Below are positions 1 to 10,232 of a stretch of 64,000 nt of DNA, piece by piece. Position numbers and translations under genes: made by a program. The stretch covers positions 24,545-88,544 of the forward strand of contig MNRQ01000022.1 in NCBI GenBank assembly GCA_001916035.1, written 5' to 3'. Numbering within the stretch: the stretch's first letter is position 1; every line of letters starts with the position of its first letter. Below the pieces are notes generated by a model, which saw only the letters and a program-made list of their open reading frames with translations, searched no databases and was not told the DNA's origin. Source of the stretch: Clostridium sp. 27_14 (GTDB taxonomy: Bacteria > Bacillota > Clostridia > TANB77 > CAG-508).

Positions 1-293
1 TTCACCTTGTGATAAATATTAAAAATTCACATCTTAATAATTTTAATCAATTTGACAAATTAAAGATTATAATCCGGATATTGCTCATTTTGCAATTTTA
101 AAAAACTTCGATGTACACAAAGTACAATCTCAGCTTTTTTAAAATCACAAAAATGCACAATATACTAATTCTAATCAATTTTAGATTTGAATAATAATTT
201 GAAAATTTTTAGAATAAAGAAAAAATTTAAAAATATTTAAGCTTAAAAATATTAAAGAAACCTTATTAAAAAATGAAGGAGGGAATTTTAGAA

Positions 294-689
294 ATGGCTA
301 AAAATACAACAAGAAAACCAGTAGCTAGAAGAAATAGAAAAAATATAGAAAAAGGTGCAGCACACATCCACTCTAGCTTTAATAATACAATAGTAACAAT
401 TACTGATACACAAGGAAATGCAATTTCATGGGGAAGCGCTGGAGAATTAGGATTCAAAGGTTCAAGAAAAAGCACACCTTATGCAGCTGGACAAGTTGCT
501 GAAACAGCAGCTAAAGCAGCTATGGAACATGGATTAAAAACTGTTGAAGTATTTGTAAAAGGACCAGGTTCAGGAAGAGAAGCAGCAATAAGAGCTTTAC
601 AAACAGCAGGTTTAGAATTAAGTAGTATCAAAGATGTAACACCAATTCCACATAATGGTTGTAGACCACCAAAAAGAAGACGTGTATAG
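294..689 (+). CDS. rpsK: 30S ribosomal protein S11
   Basis: Protein [38 protein letters not shown]... is a full-length S11. ATG at 294 follows the AGGAGGG RBS. The track start at 273 is probably too far upstream. Confidence 0.95.
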   Translation: MAKNTTRKPVARRNRKNIEKGAAHIHSSFNNTIVTITDTQGNAISWGSAGELGFKGSRKSTPYAAGQVAETAAKAAMEHGLKTVEVFVKGPGSGREAAIRALQTAGLELSSIKDVTPIPHNGCRPPKRRRV

Positions 690-704
690 AAAGGAGTAAA
701 TATA

Positions 705-1331
705 ATGGCAAGATATAAAGACGAACAATGCCGTATTTGTCGTAGAGAAGGACAAAAATTGTTCTTAAAAGGGTCAAGATGTTATTCAGATAAATGCAGT
801 ATTTCTAGAAGAAATTATGCACCAGGACAACATGGACAAAAGAGAGCAAAATTATCTGAATATGGAACACAATTAAGAGAAAAACAAAAAACAAAATCAT
901 ATTATGGAGTCGGAGAAAAACAATTTAGAAAATATTTCGCAATGGCTTCAAATAAAAAAGGTGTAACAGGTGCTAACCTATTACAAATATTAGAAAGTAG
1001 ATTAGATAATGTTGTTTACAGATTAGGATTTGGAACTTCAAGAGCTCAAGCTAGACAATTTGTAAACCATGGACAATTTGAAGTAAATGGTAAAAGAGTA
1101 GATATACCATCATACTTAGTAAAAGCTGGAGACGTTATTACAGTTAGAGAAATCAAAAAAGATAATGCTACTATAAAAGCAAATGTTGAAGAAAATTCTG
1201 CAAGACCAGTACCAGCTTGGTTAGAAAAAAATAATGAAAAATTAAGCGGTAAAGTAGTAAGATTAGCAAGCAGAGAAGATATAGATCTACCAATAGAAGA
1301 ACATCTAATAGTAGAGTTGTACTCAAAATAA
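705..1331 (+). CDS. rpsD: 30S ribosomal protein S4
   Basis: [23 protein letters not shown]... with zinc-ribbon-like N-terminus and S4 domain. Conserved rpsK-rpsD-rpoA order. Confidence 0.95.
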   Translation: MARYKDEQCRICRREGQKLFLKGSRCYSDKCSISRRNYAPGQHGQKRAKLSEYGTQLREKQKTKSYYGVGEKQFRKYFAMASNKKGVTGANLLQILESRLDNVVYRLGFGTSRAQARQFVNHGQFEVNGKRVDIPSYLVKAGDVITVREIKKDNATIKANVEENSARPVPAWLEKNNEKLSGKVVRLASREDIDLPIEEHLIVELYSK

Positions 1332-1444
1332 TAGTATTTAAAAGTAAGTGCAAAGGGTTTATCAAAACTTTGAAATTTTACTTGGAAGAACCGAGAAAGT
1401 TTTTAAAAAAAGTGAGAGGTAAGTTCTCATATTAGGAGGTAAAA

Positions 1445-2341
1445 ATGATAGAATTTGAAAAGCCAAATATTGAATGTCTAGAGGTTGATGACACAAATAA
1501 TTATGCAAAATTTGTATGTGAACCATTAGAAAGAGGTTACGGAGTAACAATAGGAAACTCTTTAAGAAGAATATTACTTTCATCACTTCCAGGATGTGCA
1601 ATAACAAGCGTAAAAATTGATGGAGTATTACATGAATTTTCTACAATTGCAAATGTAGTAGAAGATGTGCCAGAAATAATCGTAAACTTAAAAAATGTTA
1701 GATTAAAAACAGATGATATTGATGAAAAAGTATTGAGAATAGACTTTAAAGGAGAAGGTGAAGTTACTGCAGGAGATATAGTAACAGATGGAACAGTAGA
1801 AGTACTAAATCCAGAATTACATATAGCAACAGTATCTGAAGGTGGTCATTTAAAAATGGAAATGACAGCTGATAAGGGAAGAGGATACAACTCAGCAGAG
1901 AAAAATAAGAAGCCAGATCAAGATATCTCTGTATTACCAATAGACTCAATATATACACCAGTGAAAAAAGTAAACTATCAAGTAGAAAATACCAGAGTAG
2001 GACAAATGGTAGATTATGATAAATTAGTAATTGAAGTATGGACAGATGGTAGCTTAAAAGCTCATGAAGCATTAAGTTTAGCTGCAAAAGTAATGACAGG
2101 ACATTTAGAATTATTTATTGACTTGTCAGAAAAAACTAAAAATATGTCTATAGAAGAGCTAGAATTATCAGTAAGATCATTTAACTGCTTAAAGAGAGCT
2201 GGAATTGCTACTGTGGAAGATTTAATTAATAAATCAGAAGCAGATATGATGAAGGTAAGAAATTTAGGTAAAAAATCTTTTGATGAAGTAACAGCAAAAC
2301 TACATTCATTAGGTTTAGACTTTGCACATGAAGAAGAATAA
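1445..2341 (+). CDS. rpoA: DNA-directed RNA polymerase subunit alpha
   Basis: [50 protein letters not shown] is the alpha NTD signature. C-terminal CTD-like HhH region is present. Confidence 0.95.
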   Translation: MIEFEKPNIECLEVDDTNNYAKFVCEPLERGYGVTIGNSLRRILLSSLPGCAITSVKIDGVLHEFSTIANVVEDVPEIIVNLKNVRLKTDDIDEKVLRIDFKGEGEVTAGDIVTDGTVEVLNPELHIATVSEGGHLKMEMTADKGRGYNSAEKNKKPDQDISVLPIDSIYTPVKKVNYQVENTRVGQMVDYDKLVIEVWTDGSLKAHEALSLAAKVMTGHLELFIDLSEKTKNMSIEELELSVRSFNCLKRAGIATVEDLINKSEADMMKVRNLGKKSFDEVTAKLHSLGLDFAHEEE

Positions 2342-2383
2342 AAAAGTAAAATAAAACTGTAAAAAACAAGGAGGTTGAACAAA

Positions 2384-2911
2384 TTGGCTACAAATAGAAA
2401 GCTAGGAAGAACAACTGATATTAGAATGGCAATGCTAAAAAATTTAACAACAGATTTGTTAGTATATGGTAAAGTTGAAACAACATTACCAAGAGCTAAA
2501 GAAGTTAAAGCAATAGCAGACAGTTTAATATCATTAGCAATAAAAGAAAAAGACAACTTTGAAGAAGTTGAAGTAACAATCAAAAAAGCAAAATTAGATT
2601 CAAAAGGAAATAAAGTGACAGAATTAGTAAAAAGCAAAAATGGAAACGAATACTTAAAAGTTGTTAAAGAAGAAGTTAAAGAAAAAAGACAAAAAGATAT
2701 GCCAACAAGATTAAATGCAAGAAGAAAAATGATGAGAAAATTAAATAAAGTAAAAGATAGCGATGGAAAAAATATTGATGTACTAGCAAAATTATTTAAT
2801 GAAATTGCACCAAAATATGCTGGAAGCAATGTAGGTGGATATACAAGAATAGTAAAGGCAGGACCAAGAAGAGGAGACGGAGCTGAAGTTGCTGTATTAC
2901 AATTAATTTAA
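2384..2911 (+). CDS. rplQ: 50S ribosomal protein L17 with about 50-aa lysine-rich internal insertion
   Basis: ATNRKLGRTTDIRMAMLKNL...GGYTRIVKAGPRRGDGAEVAVLQLI matches L17 at both ends. A K-rich block sits between them. TTG at 2384 lies 9 nt after AAGGAGG. Confidence 0.85.
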   Translation: MATNRKLGRTTDIRMAMLKNLTTDLLVYGKVETTLPRAKEVKAIADSLISLAIKEKDNFEEVEVTIKKAKLDSKGNKVTELVKSKNGNEYLKVVKEEVKEKRQKDMPTRLNARRKMMRKLNKVKDSDGKNIDVLAKLFNEIAPKYAGSNVGGYTRIVKAGPRRGDGAEVAVLQLI

Positions 2912-2990
2912 TTTTGTTATTATATATAATATATTATTAATTATAAAAATGAAGCGGGGAATTGTATAAGATTTTCGGCTTTATTTTTTA

Positions 2991-3136
2991 TATTATAAGA
3001 AAGTTCATCAAACGTCCTATAATATAAAAAATAACGAGGCCGCGATATTTGCTTTGCAAATTTCGCGCACGAACAAAGACGCGGACTTTAAAATGTTCTA
3101 AATAAGTGCAATGCTATTAATGTCTGCTTTTATTCG
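2991..3136. repeat. Repeat family 1 copy A (hairpin1 + spacer + hairpin2, degenerate)
   Basis: Contains tattataagaaagttc...cctataata. Then gcaaatttcgcgcac GAACAAAGACGCGGAC ...gtctgcttttattc. Homologous to 6751-6895 and 14975-15122. Confidence 0.7.
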
Positions 3137-3195
3137 TGGGTTTTCACCAAAAGTAAATATTGGAATATTATAGTGTATATAAATAAAAAAGGAAT

Positions 3196-3561
3196 GTGTT
3201 TAATATGATTGGTTTTATAATTAATACTATATTTTGGACGTTTACACTTTATGGTATTTTTGAATTTATAAAAAATGTGATATATGTAACTACATATACT
3301 AATATGAAGGCTAATGGTACTTATGTAATAATAGCGGTGAAAAACCAAGAGGACAAAATAGAAGGTTTTTTGCGTTCTATTTTGTTTAAAATATTATATG
3401 GCAGAGAAGAATATTTGAAAAATATAATTGTTGCCGATTTGGAATCTTCTGATAATACTAAGGAAATAGCTAAAAAAATGTCAAAGGATTATGAGGCTTT
3501 AAAAGTAATAAGTTGGAAGGAATGTAAAGAGATAATGGATAGTATTGATGAACTAAAATAA
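3196..3561 (+). CDS. Hypothetical membrane-anchored protein with GT-A-like N-terminal fragment
   Basis: N-terminal TM helix. YVIIAVKNQEDKIEGFLRSIL...IIVADLESSDNTKE resembles the start of family-2 glycosyltransferases but stops at 121 aa. RBS AAAAGGAATGTG precedes it. Confidence 0.3.
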   Translation: MFNMIGFIINTIFWTFTLYGIFEFIKNVIYVTTYTNMKANGTYVIIAVKNQEDKIEGFLRSILFKILYGREEYLKNIIVADLESSDNTKEIAKKMSKDYEALKVISWKECKEIMDSIDELK

Positions 3562-3739
3562 GGTTTATGTATGTGGTGTTATCTTATTTTTTAGTAACGA
3601 AGTATTGTGTTTTATATAAAATGATGGTTTTGCAGTTAAGTGAAAAATGAATTTGATATAAAATATAAAAAAATGTTTAAAAAGATATATTGGTGTGATA
3701 TAATTAAAAAACAAAATTAATAGAGAAGGGGAAAGCATA

Positions 3740-5968
3740 TTGGAATTACAAGGACAAGTAGAAGGAATAATATATCAAAATGAAGCAAATAGTTATACTA
3801 TAGCAAATCTGGATACAGATAATGAAGAAATTACAATAGTAGGGTATCTTCCTTTTATAAGAGAAGGTGATACGTTGAGAGTTATGGGAAATTATGTGGA
3901 ACATAAAGATTATGGTACACAATTTAAAGTTAGTACATTTGAAAAAATAATGCCAGAAAATCTTGAGGCTTTGGAAAAATATTTGGCAAGTGGGGCAATA
4001 AAAGGTGTTGGAGAAGCGACTGCTAAGAGAATAATTAAAACTTTTGGAAATGAAACAATTGATATAATTAAGAATCAACCTGAAAAGTTATCAAATGTTA
4101 AAGGAATTTCAGAAGAAAAAGCGCAAAAAATATCAGAGGATTTTTTGGAAAATCAAGAAATGTGGAAAATAGTAGGATTCTTGGAAAAATTCCATATTGG
4201 TGCTCAACATGCTAAAAAAGTTTATGAGAAATTTGGTGTTAGTAGTATAGAAAAAATAAAAGAAGATCCATATTTATTAATAGAGATAGCTAGAGGTGTG
4301 GATTTTAGGCAAATAGATGAAATGGCTATTAGAATAGGTATAACTCCGGATAATGATAGAAGAGTACAGACTGGTATAAAATACGGACTTATTCGTAGTA
4401 CTTATAATGGTAATAGTTGTGTTTTAGAAATAAATTTAATAGAATATGTTCAATCATTACTAGATGTTAGTTCTGAAACTATAGAAGATAATTTAATAGC
4501 TTTAAAAATTAAAGGTGAAATTGTATATGATTTTAGAGAAAATGAACAATGGGTATATTTAGCAAGATTTTTTGATACTGAAAAGGAAATTGCATATAGA
4601 TTAAGAAAATTAGAGCAAAGTAAGAATGTGAAAGAGATTAAAAATGTGGAATCAGCTCTTAAAAAAATTGAAAAGGAATCAGATATAGAATTGTCGGAAA
4701 AGCAAAAGGAAGCAATAGAAGAAATCAATAATAATAATGTTTTAATAATTACAGGAGGACCAGGAACAGGAAAAACAACAATAATTAAGACAATAATTGA
4801 ATTATATGAGAATAGAGGAAAGAAAGTTATATTAGCAGCACCAACTGGTAGAGCCGCAAAAAAAATGACTGAGGCAACAGGAAAAGAGGCTTCTACATTG
4901 CATAGATTGTTATGTATTGGAAAATTAGATGATGAAGGTATATATCAAAGTCATGATGAGTTTCAGGGTGAACCAATTGATGCAGATGTTGTTGTTATTG
5001 ATGAGTTGTCAATGGTGGATATGTTTGTTATGAATTATCTTTTAAAATGTGTATATCAAGGTACAAAACTTGTTTTAGTTGGGGATATAGATCAATTGCC
5101 ATCAGTTGGTCCTGGAAGTGTTTTAAAAGATTTAATTGAGTCTGAAACTATAAAAACAGTTCATTTAGATAAAATTTTTAGACAGGCGGCTAAAAGTAAA
5201 ATCATTTTAAATGCACATAGGGTGAATAAAGGTGAAACTTTTTTAGGTAAGGAAGATATAGAAACAGAAACAAATCAAGATTTTTTCTATATAAAACATA
5301 ATACACAAGAAGAAATTTTAAAAGAAGTAATAAGTTTGTGTACAGGGAGATTAGAAAAGTTTGGAAATTATGATTTCTTTCAGAATATTCAGATTTTAAC
5401 ACCTACTAAAAAAGGATTATTAGGAACGAAAGAGTTAAACAAAGAGTTACAAATGTATTTGAATCCAAATTTAGATGGTAGACCGGAAAAATCAAATTCA
5501 GGGGCAATTTATAGAACAGGTGATAGAATAATGCAGATAAAAAATAATTATGATATGACTTGGGATAGGGAGAATGATGATGGAAAGATGGAATATGGTG
5601 AAGGTGTCTTTAATGGTGAGTTTGGAACTATAACAGGAATAAGTGAAAGAGATAAAGTTGTAGAAGTTAAGTTTGATGATAATAAGGTGGCATGGTATGA
5701 GTTTTCTGAGTTGGATCAAATAGAACATAGTTATGCGATTACAATACATAAATCTCAAGGAAGTGAATTTGATGTTGTAATAATGGTTGCACCTACAGCA
5801 GCACCGATGTTGTTGACTAGAAATTTATTATATACTGGAATTACACGTGCAAAAAAATTATTAATAATAATAGGAATAGATAATGTGGTAGATTATATGA
5901 TACAAAATGTTGATAGTAAAAAGAGAAATACTGGTTTGAAACAAAAAATTATAGAAGAATTTGAGTAA
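3740..5968 (+). CDS. recD2: RecD2-like SF1 DNA helicase
   Basis: N-terminal OB/HhH region followed by Walker A ITGGPGTGKTT and SF1 helicase motifs. 742 aa is typical for RecD2. Confidence 0.85.
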   Translation: MELQGQVEGIIYQNEANSYTIANLDTDNEEITIVGYLPFIREGDTLRVMGNYVEHKDYGTQFKVSTFEKIMPENLEALEKYLASGAIKGVGEATAKRIIKTFGNETIDIIKNQPEKLSNVKGISEEKAQKISEDFLENQEMWKIVGFLEKFHIGAQHAKKVYEKFGVSSIEKIKEDPYLLIEIARGVDFRQIDEMAIRIGITPDNDRRVQTGIKYGLIRSTYNGNSCVLEINLIEYVQSLLDVSSETIEDNLIALKIKGEIVYDFRENEQWVYLARFFDTEKEIAYRLRKLEQSKNVKEIKNVESALKKIEKESDIELSEKQKEAIEEINNNNVLIITGGPGTGKTTIIKTIIELYENRGKKVILAAPTGRAAKKMTEATGKEASTLHRLLCIGKLDDEGIYQSHDEFQGEPIDADVVVIDELSMVDMFVMNYLLKCVYQGTKLVLVGDIDQLPSVGPGSVLKDLIESETIKTVHLDKIFRQAAKSKIILNAHRVNKGETFLGKEDIETETNQDFFYIKHNTQEEILKEVISLCTGRLEKFGNYDFFQNIQILTPTKKGLLGTKELNKELQMYLNPNLDGRPEKSNSGAIYRTGDRIMQIKNNYDMTWDRENDDGKMEYGEGVFNGEFGTITGISERDKVVEVKFDDNKVAWYEFSELDQIEHSYAITIHKSQGSEFDVVIMVAPTAAPMLLTRNLLYTGITRAKKLLIIIGIDNVVDYMIQNVDSKKRNTGLKQKIIEEFE

Positions 5969-6005
5969 GTAACAGGTTATGTAAAAGTTCATAGAAAGGA
6001 AATGT

Positions 6006-6671
6006 ATGTTAGAAAAATTACAAAATTTAATATATCCACAAAAGTGTGGAATTTGTGGAAAGTTAGATGAGAATAGTCTTTGCAAAAAATGTCAAAAAAT
6101 ACTAGAAAATGAGGCTATTTGTGAGATAGAAGAAAATAAAAATCCATATATGGATTTTTGTGAGTTGATTTCTATTTTTCAATATGATGGAATTGTTAGA
6201 GAGAGGATATTAGATTATAAATTTAATGAAAAATCTTATTTGTATAAGACATTTGTAAATTTTTTGTTAAAACGACAAAAAGTATTTGAAAAAATAAAAG
6301 AGTATGATATAATCGTTCCAGTACCAATAAGTAGAAAGAGAAAAAGAGAAAGAGGTTATAATCAGAGTTTATTAGTGGCTAGGGAAATAAGTAGACAGTT
6401 AAGAAAATATGCTAATAAAGATTTGCAATTAGTGACAACAAGTTTATATAAAATAAAAAATACGATTGAGCAAAGTAAGTTAAACAAAGAAGATAGAGAA
6501 AAAAATGCTCAAGGTGTATATGAATTAAAAAATAGACAAATACTAAAAAATAAAAATGTATTATTATTTGATGATATTTATACTACAGGAAATACGGCAA
6601 ATTCTTGTTGTGGAGAAATAAAAAAGGCAGAGCCTAATAATATAGGAGTATTAGTTTTAGCTAAAGATTAA
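6006..6671 (+). CDS. comFC: ComF-family competence protein (zinc ribbon + PRTase domain)
   Basis: CGICGKLDENSLCKKCQ double zinc ribbon. C-terminal PRTase motif LLFDDIYTTGNT. Confidence 0.8.
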   Translation: MLEKLQNLIYPQKCGICGKLDENSLCKKCQKILENEAICEIEENKNPYMDFCELISIFQYDGIVRERILDYKFNEKSYLYKTFVNFLLKRQKVFEKIKEYDIIVPVPISRKRKRERGYNQSLLVAREISRQLRKYANKDLQLVTTSLYKIKNTIEQSKLNKEDREKNAQGVYELKNRQILKNKNVLLFDDIYTTGNTANSCCGEIKKAEPNNIGVLVLAKD

Positions 6672-6683
6672 ATGGCTTATATG

Positions 6684-6750
6684 AACAAAGACGTGGACTT
6701 AATAAAAATGTTTTGATTAGTGCAAATGTTATTTATGTCCGCTTTTGCTC
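6684..6750. repeat. Repeat family 1 copy B (hairpin2 module only)
   Basis: GAACAAAGACGTGGAC ... GTCCGCTTTTGCTC. 16-bp inverted arms with about 37-nt loop. Directly abuts copy C. Confidence 0.75.
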
Positions 6751-6895
6751 TATTATAGGAAAGTTCTTCGAATTTCCTATAATAGAAAATATAACAATGC
6801 ACAGAAATTTGCAAAGCAAATTTCGCGCACGAACAAAGACGCGGACCTTAAAATGTTCTGATTAGTGCAAATGTTATTTATGTCCGCTTTTGTTC
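6751..6895. repeat. Repeat family 1 copy C (full unit)
   Basis: Palindrome tattataggaaagttcttcgaatttcctataata. Then gcaaatttcgcgcac. Then GAACAAAGACGCGGAC...GTCCGCTTTTGTTC hairpin. Confidence 0.8.
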
Positions 6896-6931
6896 TTATA
6901 AATATAAAGCCTTGGAAAGGAAAGTGTTAAA

Positions 6932-8887
6932 ATGGAAGATTTAGTTGAGAGTATTTTAGATTATGTGCGTTCAGATTATACGGATTATGCTATAATGATA
7001 AATGGAGAATGGGGTTCAGGAAAGACGTATTTTTGGAATAATAAAATACGTAAAAAAATTGAAACAATGCAACTTAATGGAAAAAGATATACAACTATAT
7101 ATATGTCATTATATGGAATATCAAATTTGGAAGAAATAAGTAAAAAAATATTTATAGAGACAACACAGTTGATGGATAAAAATTTAAGGAAATTTATGGA
7201 TGCAAATGGACAAACTAATATTCCTGAATATGCTAAAACTGGTTTAGATATGGCAAACTTTTTTGGGGTAACTCAAAATGGAGATAAAATAGATTATGCT
7301 GACTTTTTTTCAACAGATGATAAAGTTTTATGTTTTGATGATTTGGAAAGAGCAAATGTTGATGTAATAGATATTTTAGGTTATATTAATAATTTTGTTG
7401 AGCATGATCATATAAAAACGATAATAATATGTAATGAAAAAGAATTATCAACAAAGCTGAAAAGTTCAAATCTTGAGATGAAAACTTTTATAGCAACATA
7501 TTTGTTGGACAAGCAAAATGAATTGAATAAAACAGATAAACCAATGGTGGAAAAAATACAAGATAAAATTGAACATGTATTTGATAAGGCTAATGATTAT
7601 GAAAGAATAAAGGAAAAATTAATAGGTGAGACTTTTGAATATGCACCAAAATTTGATTATATAATAAATGGAATTTTGATGAGATATGAAAATGAACCAG
7701 ATTTAATAAGATTTTTAAGAGAAAATACAAGAATAATAATAAATACATTTGAGAGAAGCGGTACAAGAAACTTAAGAATTTTAAAACATGCTTTAAATGA
7801 TTTTAAAAAAGTGTTTGATATGGTTAATAAAAGTTATCCAAATACAAGTCATAGAGTAATGCAAACTATGTTGATTTTTACAATAGCAATATCTTTTGAA
7901 ATTAAAGCTGGAAAAGTAACAAAAAATAAATTTATGAATATTAAAGATAATGAAGAATATAAGGCAATATTAGTATCATCAAGAGTTTTAATGGATAATA
8001 GGCAGTTTTATATAAAAGAATTTGATAATAATTATTACTATAATTTTAAAGCGGAATATAGATTTTTCAAATTTATTGAATATTATGTAAGAACTAGAAT
8101 ATTTGATATGAAAATTTTTAAAGATGATATGGAAACAATAAGAAATACTGTAGATACTGAAAACTTGCCAGGATATAAAAGATTACTTACAGAAGAATAT
8201 TGGAAAATTTCAGATGATGAATTTGGTAATGTTATAGAAGATATAATGAAAGATATAAAAGAAGGCAATTTGGAATTAATTGATATAGTAAAAATATATG
8301 CTTATTTTAGTTATTTTTCAAGAAAAGGTTTAATTGATTATGATATTAAGACTTTAAAAAATGTATTTTTTGATGGAATGAATAAAGCATCATTAAAATC
8401 AGAGTATTGTGAAAATGTTAATGAAGAATTGGCTAAAATAGCAATAGAAGAATTTGCTGAAGATATGGAAGAAATATTAAAACATTTTGATAATTTGAAT
8501 CATCAGTTATTGGACAAAAAGTATAGAGAAATTGCAGAAGATGTTTTTAAGTGTATACCTATGAAAATGGAACAATTTTATGAGAAATTTGATAAACAAT
8601 GTATGCAAATGCCTATATTTAAGTATTATGATTCATACCAATTATTCCAAAGAATTTCTTGTGCTAGCAATGAAGATATAGTTTTGATAAAAGAAAAATT
8701 GATTGATCGTGTGGAGAGATATCAAGAAAAAATTGAACCTGAAATGAGAAATATTAAATTACTAAAACAAATTATGGATGATTACTTGAAAGATAAGGGT
8801 ACAACTATTAAAATAGTTATGCTTAGAGAATTTTCAAAGGATTTAGGATATATTTTGGGAAAATATAAAACGTCATTTTTAGGATAG
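6932..8887 (+). CDS. KAP-family P-loop NTPase (soluble, no TM insert)
   Basis: Walker A INGEWGSGKTYFW near N-terminus. Walker B-like VLCFDDLER about 110 aa later. This N-terminal architecture matches KAP NTPases. C-terminal ~350 aa has no recognisable domain. Confidence 0.75.
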   Translation: MEDLVESILDYVRSDYTDYAIMINGEWGSGKTYFWNNKIRKKIETMQLNGKRYTTIYMSLYGISNLEEISKKIFIETTQLMDKNLRKFMDANGQTNIPEYAKTGLDMANFFGVTQNGDKIDYADFFSTDDKVLCFDDLERANVDVIDILGYINNFVEHDHIKTIIICNEKELSTKLKSSNLEMKTFIATYLLDKQNELNKTDKPMVEKIQDKIEHVFDKANDYERIKEKLIGETFEYAPKFDYIINGILMRYENEPDLIRFLRENTRIIINTFERSGTRNLRILKHALNDFKKVFDMVNKSYPNTSHRVMQTMLIFTIAISFEIKAGKVTKNKFMNIKDNEEYKAILVSSRVLMDNRQFYIKEFDNNYYYNFKAEYRFFKFIEYYVRTRIFDMKIFKDDMETIRNTVDTENLPGYKRLLTEEYWKISDDEFGNVIEDIMKDIKEGNLELIDIVKIYAYFSYFSRKGLIDYDIKTLKNVFFDGMNKASLKSEYCENVNEELAKIAIEEFAEDMEEILKHFDNLNHQLLDKKYREIAEDVFKCIPMKMEQFYEKFDKQCMQMPIFKYYDSYQLFQRISCASNEDIVLIKEKLIDRVERYQEKIEPEMRNIKLLKQIMDDYLKDKGTTIKIVMLREFSKDLGYILGKYKTSFLG

Positions 8888-8911
8888 TTTTTTAGAAATA
8901 TAAACAATTTT

Positions 8912-8962
8912 AAAGGACAAAGGAAAAAAATTAGATATTGTTAATGTTTTTTCTTTGTCCTT
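8912..8962. terminator. Stem-loop between convergent KAP NTPase and spoVT genes
   Basis: aaaggacaaagg ... tttctttgtcctt inverted repeat with long loop. T-rich on both sides. Confidence 0.35.
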
Positions 8963-9026
8963 ATATATATTATTTTGATTTTGAGATACTATTGGTGTTA
9001 AAAAAATATATTGTTTTAAATTATTT

Positions 9027-9581
9027 CTAGATTTCCATTTGACTTCCAAGAAATGTAGCTGCGGATTGGGCAACTTTTTTTTCAACTTCATTCATTTTAG
9101 AAGAAGAGTCTTTTGACATCAAAATAACTGTACCTATTGTATCACCATTTGAAATAATAGGATAAACTACTTGTGCATTATATTTTCTTTCTTTGTTATC
9201 ATTTTTTGTAATTGGCATTGAAACATCACTATTATCTTTACTTGTGTATATTTCTTTATCTTCCATAAGTCGTTCTAATTCAGTACTAATATCTTGTTCT
9301 AAAAATTCTTTTTTAGATCCTCCAGATACTGCAATTATAGTGTCTTTATCAGTAATACAGGCAATATGACCTGTAGTTTTTGATAGAGTTTCTGCATATC
9401 CAGCAGCGAATTCTGAGAGTTCTCCTATGGGAGAGTATTTTTTTAAAATTACTTGTCCTTCTCTATCTGTAAAAATTTCTAAAGGGTCACCTTCTTTGAT
9501 TCGTAACGTTTTACGTATTTCTTTAGGGATTACAACTCTTCCTAAATCATCTATTCTTCGTACAACACCAGTTGCTTTCAT
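9027..9581 (-). CDS. spoVT: Stage V sporulation protein T (AbrB-N + GAF)
   Basis: MKATGVVRRIDDLGRVVIPKEIRKTLRIKEGDPLEIF... is near-identical in pattern to Bacillus SpoVT. Start is taken at MKATG rather than the upstream in-frame MIYM. Confidence 0.9.
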   Translation of the reverse strand: MKATGVVRRIDDLGRVVIPKEIRKTLRIKEGDPLEIFTDREGQVILKKYSPIGELSEFAAGYAETLSKTTGHIACITDKDTIIAVSGGSKKEFLEQDISTELERLMEDKEIYTSKDNSDVSMPITKNDNKERKYNAQVVYPIISNGDTIGTVILMSKDSSSKMNEVEKKVAQSAATFLGSQMEI

Positions 9582-9688
9582 ATATATCACATTCCTTTCA
9601 TATTTATTTAAATTTCTCTTTTAAAATTTATGTTTACTGTTATTATTCCAATAGTGGAAAAAAATATACATTTTTTTAAAAATATCAA

Positions 9689-9746
9689 ATTTTCGCGCAT
9701 GAACAAAGACGCAGACTTAAAAATGTTATAAATGTCCGCTTTTGTT
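9689..9746. repeat. Repeat family 1 copy D (hairpin2 module)
   Basis: ttttcgcgcatGAACAAAGACGCAGAC ... GTCCGCTTTTGTTT. Confidence 0.7.
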
Positions 9747-9820
9747 TTTGTTGAAATAAATGTTTGGTTATAAATGTAGTAATAAATCAAATTATAAGTA
9801 AACATAAACAAAAAATGAAC

Positions 9821-9849
9821 TTGACATTAATGGTTAAATGTAGTATAAT
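9821..9849 (+). promoter_or_regulatory. Consensus sigma-A promoter upstream of rnj with about 380-nt leader
   Basis: TTGACA, 17-nt spacer, TATAAT. Leader contains a twice-repeated tgaggatttaa motif (about 10055 and 10187). Confidence 0.6.
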
Positions 9850-10232
9850 TTTAACAATGTTTGCCATTGGGCAAAAGATGAGATTTTATTTAAACCTAAA
9901 ATTGTTAGGCAAGATGTTTGTAAAAGAAGCGGAAATGATAATAGAGAGAATATTATCAAAAATAATTTATTGTATATATTTATAATGTAAAAAAAATGTT
10001 AAAATATTAAAAATTAGTTAATAATAAAATATAAGTTATAGTTTTTAATTTATGAGGATTTAAGAGATGAATTTTGGATAAATAGAATTTATGTTATGCT
10101 ATATCATTTTGATTGATAAAGTTATTTTTTGTGTTCAAATTTTAGGTTAATGAAATTGAAAAATAAAAAGAGATAAAAGTTGAAATATGAGGATTTAAAC
10201 TTAAAAATCTTAGGAAAGGAATGTGATAAAAT

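Noticed and set aside
1171-2829. Antisense ORFs in the track (e.g. 1171-1365, 1362-1607, 1764-2087 and 2062-2829 minus)
   Set aside because: They lie entirely within and opposite to strongly supported genes (rpsD, rpoA, rplQ). They have low-complexity Leu/Phe/Ile-rich translations typical of AT-rich antisense frames and no RBS. Treated as spurious. The same holds for many other short antisense ORFs listed in the track.
3196-3561. Calling the 121-aa ORF a glycosyltransferase pseudogene
   Set aside because: Only the first ~90 residues resemble a GT-A N-terminus. There is no downstream out-of-frame continuation with DxD or other GT motifs that would prove gene decay. Left as hypothetical.
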